A stretch of DNA of 64,000 nucleotides from Gammaproteobacteria bacterium (GTDB lineage Bacteria > Pseudomonadota > Gammaproteobacteria > SG8-11): assembly GCA_024641505.1 (NCBI GenBank), contig JAHECY010000006.1:1512-65511 (forward strand), read 5' to 3'. Of this stretch, positions 38,391-47,790 are shown one piece after another. A program made the position numbers and the translations under genes. Position 1 is the first letter of the stretch; every line of letters begins with the position of its first letter. Below the pieces are notes generated by a model. The model was not told the DNA's origin and searched no databases. It saw only the letters and a program-made list of their open reading frames with translations.

Positions 38391-38762
38391 TGGTAGCGGA
38401 TTGTGACGTAATACCCATAACGGTATTAATGTTGCAATAGAAACCCAATGACTGGCGCCATTCAAGGAGTCTGATTTTTGGTCGACAGTATAGCGAGGGT
38501 GACCCGCTGGGCACGATACCCGGAGTCTCCCGCGGCCAATGACCGCCTTATGTGGGAAGGCGCTTTAATCATCCCACAAGTTTTCTTCAGGTGGACAGGG
38601 AGTTGTCTGCCTTATCCAGGTCGCGCATCGCTACGGTATAAATGGGCGCTGCGGTCCGACACGACGGGTAGCGACGTGTCCGGCGCCGCTAGCAGCACCA
38701 GCCGTGCGCTACCATGAGCAGTTTTTCCGGCAATGCCGGTTCCGTAATATTCGGAGGTATAA

Positions 38763-39170
38763 ATGAAATACTCTATCACAGCAAAGCGTTCCACCGGTTT
38801 CACCCTGATCGAAATCATGATCGCCATGGCGGTGCTGGGCGTAATCGCGGCGATTGCGATTCCCGCCTACAGAGGTTATCTCGCCACCTCCCGGGAAACC
38901 GAAGGCTGGAATAACCTCAACACTTTAGCCATTGCCGAAGAAGAATTTTTCCTGGAAAACAGTACCTACTTTGTCGGTACGGACACCGCCACATTGGTGA
39001 CCAGCAGCGGCGGCCTGTGGAACCCCGCCGAAACCGTTGAAACGGATCGCGCCTTCGTCTATACGGTGGCTGCCGGAACCACGGGCGCCGCCACCAGCAG
39101 TTACAGCGCGACCGCCACCGGTAAGGGCGATAAAGTACCGGTGACCACGGTACTCACAAAAGGCAACTAA
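38763..39170 (+). CDS. Type IV pilin-like protein (third paralogue, no cysteines)
   Basis: Leader [13 protein letters not shown]|[26 protein letters not shown]. 135 aa. Thr/Ser-rich C-terminus. Confidence 0.75.
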   Translation: MKYSITAKRSTGFTLIEIMIAMAVLGVIAAIAIPAYRGYLATSRETEGWNNLNTLAIAEEEFFLENSTYFVGTDTATLVTSSGGLWNPAETVETDRAFVYTVAAGTTGAATSSYSATATGKGDKVPVTTVLTKGN

Positions 39171-39437
39171 GCTGTGTCTGGCGCCCTGCCACAACAACGG
39201 CGGGGCAGATGTAGAAAAACCGGGTCGGGCACCGGGAAGCCGTGACCTGGTTACTAAAGTTGTCGTGGTGCTTCCCGATATAAGCAAAGATACCCGCATC
39301 CGGGGACAGTACAGGCGGCATAATCACTATTAGCTAATCATTTTTTATGATAAGGCCAGCGGTTCATCAACAATGCGCAGGCCGGATAAACATGCCCTCT
39401 TGAACCTACAGCATCGCTAACAACAGCAGATATAGAT

Positions 39438-41159
39438 ATGGCGACACAATCGGCGCAACTAAAACTGAGTGGTCTGGCACGGCGTCTGGTGCAGGACAAG
39501 CTCATTACGGAAGAGGATGCCATCAAGCACCATGCGACCGCTTTAAAAAAGAAAATACCGTTCGTCACCCACCTGGTGGAGAACAATGTCGCTAAGGCGA
39601 TCGATATCGCCAATTGCGCATCTCAGGAATTCGGCTTGCCGCTCCTTGATTTGTCCATCGTCGATATTGAAAGCGATATCGCAAAGCTGGTGGATGAAAA
39701 AGTGGTGCGTCAACACCACGCCCTGCCGCTGTATAAACGCGGCAACAGGCTGTATGTCGGCATTTCCGACCCCACCAACCTGCAAGCGCTGGACGCCATC
39801 AAGTTCAATACCGGTCTGACCACGGAAGGCATCCTGGTCGAAGAAAATAAACTGGTCAAGACGATCGATACGGTCCTGGCGCAAAACGACAACTCCCTGT
39901 CCGATCTTGGTGATGACAGCCTCGACGATCTGGAAATTTCCGCCGACGACGATTTGCAGGCAAACAATTCTGACGCCAGCGAAGTCACCGGTGATGACAC
40001 ACCGGTAGTACGGTTCATCAATAAGGTGTTGCTCGACGCCATTAACAAAGGGGCCTCGGATATTCATTTCGAACCCTACGAAAAAGTCTATCGGGTACGT
40101 CTGCGTCAGGACGGCGTGTTGCGCGAAGTCGCCTCACCGCCGATACAGTTGGCGCAAAAAATCGCCGCGCGCATCAAGGTCATGTCAAAAATGGACATTT
40201 CCGAACGCCGGGTGCCGCAGGACGGCCGTATCAAAATGAAGTTGTCGAAAACCAAATCCATCGATTTTCGTGTCAACTCCTGCCCTACCCTGTTTGGCGA
40301 GAAAATCGTACTGCGTATTCTGGACGCCTCCAGCGCCATGCTGGGGATCGAAGTTCTGGGCTACGAGGACGAGCAACGCAAACTGTATGAGGACGCCCTG
40401 AAAAAGCCCTATGGCATGATTCTGGTGACCGGCCCTACCGGTAGCGGTAAAACCGTATCGCTGTACACCGGATTGAATATACTGAACACCGAAGACCGCA
40501 ATATCTCCACCGCCGAGGATCCGGCTGAAATCAACCTGCAAGGCATCAACCAGGTCAACATGAACGCCCGGGTCGGGCTGACGTTTTCCGCTGCCCTGCG
40601 CGCTTTTTTACGCCAGGACCCCGACATCATCATGGTGGGGGAAATTCGTGACCTGGAAACCGCGGAAATCGCTATCAAAGCAGCGCAAACCGGCCACTTG
40701 GTATTGTCCACGCTGCATACCAATGACGCCCCGCAAACCCTTACCCGGCTAATGAACATGGGCGTACCCGCGTACAACATCGCCAACGCTGTGTCCCTGA
40801 TCATCGCCCAGCGGCTGGCCCGGCGCTTGTGTAAACATTGCAAGAAACCAGTGGACGTACCCAAGGATGTGCTGCTGGATGAGGGATTTTCGGAGGCCGA
40901 CGTCAACCGTGGCTTGAAATTGTTCGGCCCGGTGGGTTGCGATCAATGCGCCAACGGCTACAAAGGCCGGGTCGGTATTTACCAGGTGATGCCGATCACC
41001 GAAGGTATTTCACGCATCATTCTCGAAGGCGGCAACGCCATGAATATCGCGGATGCCGCCGAGAAGGATGGTATCGCCGATTTACGGAAATCCGGCCTGC
41101 GTAAAGTAAAAGAAGGCCTCACCAGTCTCGATGAAATCAACCGGGTTACGAAGGAATAG
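39438..41159 (+). CDS. pilB: Type IV pilus assembly ATPase PilB
   Basis: 573 aa. N-terminal GSPII-like domain. Walker A GPTGSGKT. Asp box. Tetracysteine CKHCK...CDQC. Confidence 0.9.
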   Translation: MATQSAQLKLSGLARRLVQDKLITEEDAIKHHATALKKKIPFVTHLVENNVAKAIDIANCASQEFGLPLLDLSIVDIESDIAKLVDEKVVRQHHALPLYKRGNRLYVGISDPTNLQALDAIKFNTGLTTEGILVEENKLVKTIDTVLAQNDNSLSDLGDDSLDDLEISADDDLQANNSDASEVTGDDTPVVRFINKVLLDAINKGASDIHFEPYEKVYRVRLRQDGVLREVASPPIQLAQKIAARIKVMSKMDISERRVPQDGRIKMKLSKTKSIDFRVNSCPTLFGEKIVLRILDASSAMLGIEVLGYEDEQRKLYEDALKKPYGMILVTGPTGSGKTVSLYTGLNILNTEDRNISTAEDPAEINLQGINQVNMNARVGLTFSAALRAFLRQDPDIIMVGEIRDLETAEIAIKAAQTGHLVLSTLHTNDAPQTLTRLMNMGVPAYNIANAVSLIIAQRLARRLCKHCKKPVDVPKDVLLDEGFSEADVNRGLKLFGPVGCDQCANGYKGRVGIYQVMPITEGISRIILEGGNAMNIADAAEKDGIADLRKSGLRKVKEGLTSLDEINRVTKE

Positions 41160-41164
41160 GACAC

Positions 41165-42385
41165 ATGGCTACCAAATCCAATTTGATGACGTTCGCCTGG
41201 GAAGGTACCGACAAAAAAGGCGGCAAAAAATCCGGGGAATCCATCGGCGCCAGTGAAGCTCTGGTTAAGGCGGAACTGCGGCGCAAAGGCATCAACCCGA
41301 CCAAGGTCAAGAAAAAGTCCTCCAAGGCAACCGGCGGCAAGAAGATCACTCCCAAAGATGTTGCCATTTTCATGCGCCAGCTGGCTACCATGATGTCCGC
41401 CGGCGTACCGTTGGTGCAATCCTTTGAAATCATCGGTAATGGACACGAAAACCCCAACATGGCGACGCTGTTGCTCACGGTGAAGAGCGACGTGGAAGGC
41501 GGTAACACATTGGCGGATTCCATGGCCAAGCATCCCGTATACTTTGACAAACTGGTATGTAATCTGATCGGTGCTGGTGAACAAGCCGGTACTCTGGAAA
41601 ACCTGCTGGACAAAATCGCCACTTACAAGGAAAAAATGGAAGCCATCAAGGGCAAGATCAAGAAGGCGCTGTTTTATCCCGCGGCGGTAATGGTGGTCGC
41701 GTTTGTCATCACTTGCGTGTTGATGATTTTCGTTATTCCCAGCTTCAAGGATCTATTCGCGGGATTTGGCGCGGATCTTCCCGCGCTTACCCAGATGGTC
41801 ATCGACATGTCCAACTTTTTCGTATCCTACTGGTGGGCCATCTTTGGCGCCATCGGTGGCACCATATTCAGTATTGTCCAATTTTACAAGCGTTCCAAGG
41901 CCATGCAGAACCTGATGGACCGCACCATCATCAAGACGCCCATTATCGGTCCGGTACTCAACAAAGCGGTAGTGGCGCGTTTCGCGCGTACCTTGTCCAC
42001 GATGTTCGCCGCCGGTATGCCGCTGGTGGACTCACTGGAAACCGTAGCACAAGCCGCCGGCAATATCGTCTACGAAGAAAAGATCCGCATCATGCGCGAC
42101 GAAGTTTCAACCGGTAACCAGATGAATGTTTCGATGAAGGAAAGTGGTCTGTTCCCCAGCATGGTGGTGCAAATGGTCGCCATCGGCGAGGAAACCGGCG
42201 CTATCGATACCATGCTCAGCAAAGTCGCGGACTTCTTCGAGGAAGAAGTGGATAACGCGGTGGATGGTTTGACCAGTCTGCTGGAACCGCTGATCATGGC
42301 GTTCCTGGGCGTGGTCATCGGCGGCCTGGTTATCGCCATGTATTTGCCAATTTTCAAAATGGGCAGCGTGGTCAACGGCCATTAA
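41165..42385 (+). CDS. pilC: Type IV pilus platform protein PilC
   Basis: 406-aa polytopic protein with duplicated T2SSF-type domains. Directly follows pilB. Confidence 0.9.
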   Translation: MATKSNLMTFAWEGTDKKGGKKSGESIGASEALVKAELRRKGINPTKVKKKSSKATGGKKITPKDVAIFMRQLATMMSAGVPLVQSFEIIGNGHENPNMATLLLTVKSDVEGGNTLADSMAKHPVYFDKLVCNLIGAGEQAGTLENLLDKIATYKEKMEAIKGKIKKALFYPAAVMVVAFVITCVLMIFVIPSFKDLFAGFGADLPALTQMVIDMSNFFVSYWWAIFGAIGGTIFSIVQFYKRSKAMQNLMDRTIIKTPIIGPVLNKAVVARFARTLSTMFAAGMPLVDSLETVAQAAGNIVYEEKIRIMRDEVSTGNQMNVSMKESGLFPSMVVQMVAIGEETGAIDTMLSKVADFFEEEVDNAVDGLTSLLEPLIMAFLGVVIGGLVIAMYLPIFKMGSVVNGH

Positions 42386-42510
42386 AGCCGCCAAAACAGG
42401 TGTGCCGCTTCGTGGAGCTGTAGTATCATGAACGGCAACACGAAGGCGCACCAACAACCAGGTTGGCGGCGGGCTTCGCATGGCAGGACATTGCACTGAC
42501 AACCGCACCC

Positions 42511-43386
42511 ATGACTTTCACGGAAATTCTCGCATCGAATCCCACTTTTTTTACCATATGCTGCGGCTTTTTGTCGCTGTTCGTCGGCAGTTTTCTCAAT
42601 GTCGTCATTTATCGCCTGCCGGTGATGATGCAGCGGGACTGGGAACATCAATGTCGGGAGTTGCTGCATGTCGAAAACGCCCCGCAACCGGCCACCAAGA
42701 CGTTCAATCTTCTTAAACCGGATTCCCATTGCCCGCAGTGCGGACATCCGGTGCACCCGCTGGCCAATATTCCATTGTTGTCCTATGCACTGCTCAGAGG
42801 CAAATGCGCTCATTGCAAACAAACGATTCCCCCCCGATACCCCGTCATTGAACTGGCCACTGGCGTGCTTTCCAGTATCGTCGCCTGGCATTTCGGTTAC
42901 GGCTGGGCGTGTGGCGCCGCGCTCGCGCTTACCTGGGCGCTGATCGCGCTCACCATGATCGACTATGATCAACAATTACTGCCGGACTCGATTACGCTGC
43001 CCTTTCTCTGGATCGGCTTATTGCTCAGCCTGTACAGCGTTTACGTGGACAGCACCGCCAGCATTGTCGGCGCCGTCGTTGGCTATCTGTCCCTGTGGAG
43101 CGTTTATCAGGGCTTCAAACTGCTGACCGGCAAGGAGGGCATGGGCTATGGTGACTTCAAATTGCTGGCCATGCTCGGCGCCTGGTTGGGTTGGCAAATG
43201 ATTCCGTTGATCGTGCTGCTGTCGTCACTGGTGGGCGCCGCGGTCGGCATTACCCTGGTGGCGTTGCGTAAACATGATCGCACCAAACCCATCCCTTTCG
43301 GACCCTACCTGGCCGCCGCCGGCTGGATCAGTTTATTGTGGGGCGATAACATTATAGAATCCTACCTCTCCTACAACCTGCATTGA
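42511..43386 (+). CDS. pilD: Prepilin peptidase / N-methyltransferase PilD
   Basis: Start at MTFTEILASNPTFF. Cys box CPQCGHPV...CAHCKQ. Multi-TM A24 peptidase body. Confidence 0.85.
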   Translation: MTFTEILASNPTFFTICCGFLSLFVGSFLNVVIYRLPVMMQRDWEHQCRELLHVENAPQPATKTFNLLKPDSHCPQCGHPVHPLANIPLLSYALLRGKCAHCKQTIPPRYPVIELATGVLSSIVAWHFGYGWACGAALALTWALIALTMIDYDQQLLPDSITLPFLWIGLLLSLYSVYVDSTASIVGAVVGYLSLWSVYQGFKLLTGKEGMGYGDFKLLAMLGAWLGWQMIPLIVLLSSLVGAAVGITLVALRKHDRTKPIPFGPYLAAAGWISLLWGDNIIESYLSYNLH

Positions 43387-43396
43387 CCGTTATGCC

Positions 43397-44002
43397 ATGC
43401 TGATCATCGGACTCACCGGCGGTATCGCCAGCGGCAAGTCCACGGTCGTCGACCGGTTTCGCGCTCTGGGCGCCACGGTCCACGATGCGGACGTGATTGC
43501 CCGCGACTTGTTGCAACCCGGAACCCCCGCGTTTAACGAAACCCTCGCGCACTTCGGCAGCGCCATCATGAATGCCCGGGGTGAGATTGATCGGGCGGCA
43601 TTGCGCGCCCTGGTGTTCGCTGACCCGCGACAACGGGCCTTGCTGGAAGGCATCCTTCACCCCCGGGTGCGCAATGCGCTGCTGGCGGCGGCACAGCAGC
43701 CACACGAGTCTTATTGCATATTCTGCGTGCCATTGTTGATCGAATCCGGGATGACGGATTTGGCTGACCGGATTCTGGTGGTAGACGTAAGTCGTGACGT
43801 ACAATTGGCCCGCCTCTGCCAGCGTGATGGCATGACGCACGCGGCCGCTTTGCAGATACTGGCCGCCCAGGCCAGCCGGGAGCAACGGCTGGCGGTGGCC
43901 GATGATGTCATCGACAACAATGGCGATGTTGCGGCATTAAGCCGTCAGGTTCAGGAATTACATCAAAAATATTGCAGATTAAGCAGCCAGGAGACCCCTT
44001 GA
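43397..44002 (+). CDS. coaE: Dephospho-CoA kinase
   Basis: MLIIGLTGGIASGKSTV P-loop. 201 aa. The conserved pilD-coaE linkage. Confidence 0.85.
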   Translation: MLIIGLTGGIASGKSTVVDRFRALGATVHDADVIARDLLQPGTPAFNETLAHFGSAIMNARGEIDRAALRALVFADPRQRALLEGILHPRVRNALLAAAQQPHESYCIFCVPLLIESGMTDLADRILVVDVSRDVQLARLCQRDGMTHAAALQILAAQASREQRLAVADDVIDNNGDVAALSRQVQELHQKYCRLSSQETP

Positions 44003-44034
44003 AACTGGCGCCATCCGAAGGATATGACTACAAT

Positions 44035-44895
44035 ATGCATCATCTTGTCTTGAATCGAATGAGGGGAATCTTGTCCAGCGCCGATGCCATTACCACTCCT
44101 GCGGATGATACGCCGGCGATCACACCGTCGGATAATTTCGTCGTCTTTGAGCAACCGCTCAATGAACGCATGCGCACGCTGATGCGCCTGGAGTTCCTGT
44201 TCGACAAATTAATGCATTTCATCGGCGGTGAAGCGGAATGGGACAGCCGGGTCAGCATGGATGCCTTGCTGGAAATCCTCAATCTGCTGAACCGAAGCGA
44301 CATCAAATCGGAACTGATCAAGGAAGTGGAACGTCAGATCGCCGCGCTGGAGCGCATTCCCGACAAGCCCGGCATCGACGGCAGCTTGCGCACGCATCTG
44401 GTACGCCAGCTTCAGGACAGTTTGGGGCGATTACGCAATATCAACGGCATGGCCGGTAATGACCTCAAACGCAATGAATTCATGCGCGCCATCAGTCAGC
44501 GCGCCAGCACCCCCGGCGGTACCAGCCCCGTCGATCTGCCTAATGTGCATTTCTGGCTGCAGCAGGAAGCATCAGTGCGCGGCGAGTTTTTACAAGGCCT
44601 GCTGACTACCGTGGCGCCGGTGAAATCCGCCCTCGACATGGTGTTGAATCTGATCCGGGAAAGCAGCCCGGCGAGTGACGAGATTGCCGTGCGCGGCAGT
44701 TACAGTCGCAATCTGGAACCGGAAGTGACGTACCAATTGGTGCGCATTCTGGTCAACGCCCGCGAACGCTGTATCGCGGAAATCAGCACGGGCAAATACC
44801 GCACCAGCATTCGATTTCTGGAACCGTCCACTGAAGAACGGCCCAAACTCGTCGAGCGCGATATTCCATTTCATATAATTTGTTGTCGCCTGTGA
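44035..44895 (+). CDS. zapD: Cell division protein ZapD
   Basis: [19 protein letters not shown] aligns with E. coli ZapD FEHPLNEKMRTWLRIEFLI. Position coaE-zapD-yacG. Start uncertain (43972, 44035 or 44059). Confidence 0.65.
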   Translation: MHHLVLNRMRGILSSADAITTPADDTPAITPSDNFVVFEQPLNERMRTLMRLEFLFDKLMHFIGGEAEWDSRVSMDALLEILNLLNRSDIKSELIKEVERQIAALERIPDKPGIDGSLRTHLVRQLQDSLGRLRNINGMAGNDLKRNEFMRAISQRASTPGGTSPVDLPNVHFWLQQEASVRGEFLQGLLTTVAPVKSALDMVLNLIRESSPASDEIAVRGSYSRNLEPEVTYQLVRILVNARERCIAEISTGKYRTSIRFLEPSTEERPKLVERDIPFHIICCRL

Positions 44896-45086
44896 ATAAT
44901 GTGGTAAAAACCGTGCCCTGTCCGACCTGCGGCAAACCTTCGGTGTGGCGCCAGGATAATGCGTTTCGTCCGTTCTGTTGCGAACGTTGCAAACTCATCG
45001 ATTTGGGCGAATGGGCCAGCGAAGGATACAGCGTGCCGGTAATCGAACAGGATAATTTCATCTTCCCCGAGGACGAGAGCGTTTGA
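44880..45086 (+). CDS. yacG: DNA gyrase inhibitor YacG (zinc-binding)
   Basis: [35 protein letters not shown] matches the YacG C4 zinc motif. 68 aa. Confidence 0.75.
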   Translation: MLSPVNNVVKTVPCPTCGKPSVWRQDNAFRPFCCERCKLIDLGEWASEGYSVPVIEQDNFIFPEDESV

Positions 45087-45261
45087 ACTCGGGACTCGCG
45101 CTGACGCCCGCACTGCCGTGACTTCGTCTGCACCTGTCAAAATCTGACTACACAAGTCCAGCCAGTGGCCACCTGGAATGCGCTCGCCGCCACCGGTGCG
45201 CGCTGCTGACCAGGCGCTGCTCCTGCTGACGACCCTTGCCCGACGTCGGTGACCTGCGCCA

Positions 45262-46218
45262 TCAGCCTCCGCCGTCTACCCACAAACCGGTAATCGCGGC
45301 AATACCTTGCCCCCCATGCTCGCGGGCGAATTCGATATCCCCGGGACGCATGCCCCCCAATGCGTAAACCGGTATCGGCGCCGCCGCAGCAATATTTTCG
45401 AACCCCCGCCAGGTCAGAGGTGTGGCATCGGGATGCGTCGCCGTCGGCCGCACCGGGCCCAGCACCATGAAATCCGCGCGTAATGCCAGCGCCAGCTTTG
45501 CTTCCTCGCGATTGTGGCAGGATGCGGCCACTAAAAACTCATCCGGCAAGGGGCGTTGTCGCAGTGTCGATAACTGGGTGGCGGTCAGATGCACACCGTC
45601 GGCGCCCAATTCCCGCACCAGATGCACATGGCTGTTCAACAACAAGCGAGCATCCGGGTAGGCACGCACTACCGACAACACCAGGGGGACCAGTTGACGA
45701 AAAGACTCGCTGGCGAGCGCGCGGGCGCGCAACTGAATCAGGACCACGCCACTGGCAAGACAATGACCCAAGTGAGTCAGAAAAGCCGGCCAATCATCGC
45801 CCGGCTCCGGGGTCACGAGGTAGCGGTCCGGCAACGTCAATGCCAGGGTGATGCCACGATTGGCGGCCGGTACCGGATACCCATGCAGCTCATGACGCGC
45901 CACCCATGCCAGCGGTTGACCTTCGCGGCCGTGGGGCACGCCGTTGAATGTGGTGACTTCAAACACATGCAACACCACATCACGGTCGGCATAGGCGTAG
46001 GGAATGGTGATCAACGGTAAGCAGGCGCGGACGTCGATACCCAATTCTTCATGGAGCTCCCGCCGCAAGGCCTGTGCCGGAGATTCATCGGCATGCACCT
46101 TGCCCCCGGGATATTCCCAAAGCCCACCCTGGTGCAGATGCGCGGCGCGGCGCGCTAACAACACCCGTCCCTGGTCATCGCAAATCGCACCGACCGCGAC
46201 ATGCATGGGTGCCTGCAC
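45262..46218 (-). CDS. mutT: Nudix 8-oxo-dGTP diphosphatase (MutT) fused to ThiE-like thiamine-phosphate synthase domain
   Basis: Nudix box GGKVHADESPAQALRRELHEELGI. The C-terminal TIM-barrel ThiE-like region ends in ...YALGGM. Same fusion and position (after argJ) as in pseudomonads. Confidence 0.75.
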   Translation of the reverse strand: MQAPMHVAVGAICDDQGRVLLARRAAHLHQGGLWEYPGGKVHADESPAQALRRELHEELGIDVRACLPLITIPYAYADRDVVLHVFEVTTFNGVPHGREGQPLAWVARHELHGYPVPAANRGITLALTLPDRYLVTPEPGDDWPAFLTHLGHCLASGVVLIQLRARALASESFRQLVPLVLSVVRAYPDARLLLNSHVHLVRELGADGVHLTATQLSTLRQRPLPDEFLVAASCHNREEAKLALALRADFMVLGPVRPTATHPDATPLTWRGFENIAAAAPIPVYALGGMRPGDIEFAREHGGQGIAAITGLWVDGGG

Positions 46219-46229
46219 GGGAATCTCGA

Positions 46230-47444
46230 TCAGGTGCGGTATTCCGCGTTGATACGCACGTAATCGTGGGAGAAGTCGCAGGTCCAGACGGTATGACTGG
46301 CGACACCCCGTTGCAAATCGACGGTCACCGTGATTTCCTCCCGGTCCATCACTGCCTGACCACGGGCCTCGGTATATTCCGGATGACGCTCGCCACCGGC
46401 AACGATACAGACGTCATCCAGCAGAATCCGCACTTTGCTCAGATCCAGGGCCGACACGCCCGCGCGCCCGACAGCCGCCAGAATACGCCCCCAATTGGGA
46501 TCACTGGCGAAGAACGCTGTTTTCACCAAAGGCGAATGGGCAATGGTAAAAGCCACGGCTCCGCACTCGTCCTTGTCGGCACCCCCGGTCACGGTCACGG
46601 TAATAAATTTGGTAGCGCCCTCACCGTCGCGAATCACCAGTTGCGCCAGCGTTTGACACAGCTCCAGCAACGCGGCCTTGAACGCAAGGAACCCGGCGCT
46701 GCCAACGGCGAGCCGCGTCTTGTGCGCTTTCCCGGTGGCCACCAATATCAGGGAATCATTGGTGGACGTGTCGCCATCGACGGTAATACAGTTGAAGGAA
46801 TCCCGCACCACCTCCTGCAACAGCATCTGCAAATCCCCGGCGTTCAGGCTGGCATCAGTGGCGATGAATGACAATAAGGTCGCCATATCGGGCCGAATCA
46901 TGCCGGCGCCTTTGACGATGCCCGTCAATGTAATGGTACGACCCTCGATATTGCGCTGCAGGGAAACACCCTTGGGCAGGGTATCCGTGGTCATAATCGC
47001 GTGCGCCGCGGGATTCCAGTCACTGGCACTGTTACTCAATGCGTGCACCAGACCGGCGGTGATCTTGTCCATGGGTAAATATTCGCCGATCACGCCCGTG
47101 GAAAACGGCAGCACTTGTTCCGGCGCGCAACCGACCAATGCCGCGAACGCCCGGCAGGTGGTCAATGCATCCTGCATCCCGCGCGCACCGGTACCGGCAT
47201 TGGCGTTACCGGTATTGATCACCAGATATCGAGTTTGATCGGTTTGCAGGTGCTGCTTGCACACCTGCACCGGCGCCGCGCAAAATGCATTGCGTGTGAA
47301 CACACCCGCCACCGCGCTGCCCGTCGCGATTTCCATCACCGCCAGATCCTGGCGACCGGGTTTCTTGATCCCCGCCGCGGTGGTGCCCCAGCGTACCCCC
47401 GCCACCGGCAGCAAAACCGGCAATGCGTGATAACCTACAGCCAT
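46230..47444 (-). CDS. argJ: Bifunctional ornithine acetyltransferase / N-acetylglutamate synthase ArgJ
   Basis: 404 aa. Self-cleavage site region ...ATTDTLPKG...MLSFIATDA. Typical ArgJ N-terminus (VRWGTTAAGIKK). Confidence 0.9.
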   Translation of the reverse strand: MAVGYHALPVLLPVAGVRWGTTAAGIKKPGRQDLAVMEIATGSAVAGVFTRNAFCAAPVQVCKQHLQTDQTRYLVINTGNANAGTGARGMQDALTTCRAFAALVGCAPEQVLPFSTGVIGEYLPMDKITAGLVHALSNSASDWNPAAHAIMTTDTLPKGVSLQRNIEGRTITLTGIVKGAGMIRPDMATLLSFIATDASLNAGDLQMLLQEVVRDSFNCITVDGDTSTNDSLILVATGKAHKTRLAVGSAGFLAFKAALLELCQTLAQLVIRDGEGATKFITVTVTGGADKDECGAVAFTIAHSPLVKTAFFASDPNWGRILAAVGRAGVSALDLSKVRILLDDVCIVAGGERHPEYTEARGQAVMDREEITVTVDLQRGVASHTVWTCDFSHDYVRINAEYRT

Positions 47445-47461
47445 TAATCGTTACCTCCGTT

Positions 47462-47790
47462 GGGTGCATATTACGCACCGGCATTAAATCCAGAACAGCG
47501 CCTTCGTGTAATTAACAACACGGTGCGTAATACGCACCCTACGCCATGGTGCCGCGGCGTTGCTGGTATTTCTTAGCGAAACCGCAGCTCTTGCCCAAAC
47601 GAAGCCGGACTTCGCTCGAATTATAAACGCCGGTGCGTAATACGCACCCTACGCCATGGTGCCGCGGCGCTGCTGGTATTTCTTAGCGAAACCGCAGCTC
47701 TTGCCCAAACGAAGCCGGACTTCGCTCGAATTATAAACGCCGGTGCGTAATACGCACCCTACGCCATGGTGCCGTGGCACTGTTTGTATT
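47462..47790. repeat. REP copies plus two degenerate 110-bp tandem copies of the secA 3-prime terminus (stop codon + zinc-tail coding region)
   Basis: The units 47521-47630 and 47631-47740 each run REP - cta - cgccatggtgccgcggcg.... On the minus strand they read ...GKSCGFAKKYQQRRGTMA*, against the genuine SecA tail ...[17 protein letters not shown] at 47741-47850. An additional REP variant lies at 47462. Confidence 0.85.
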
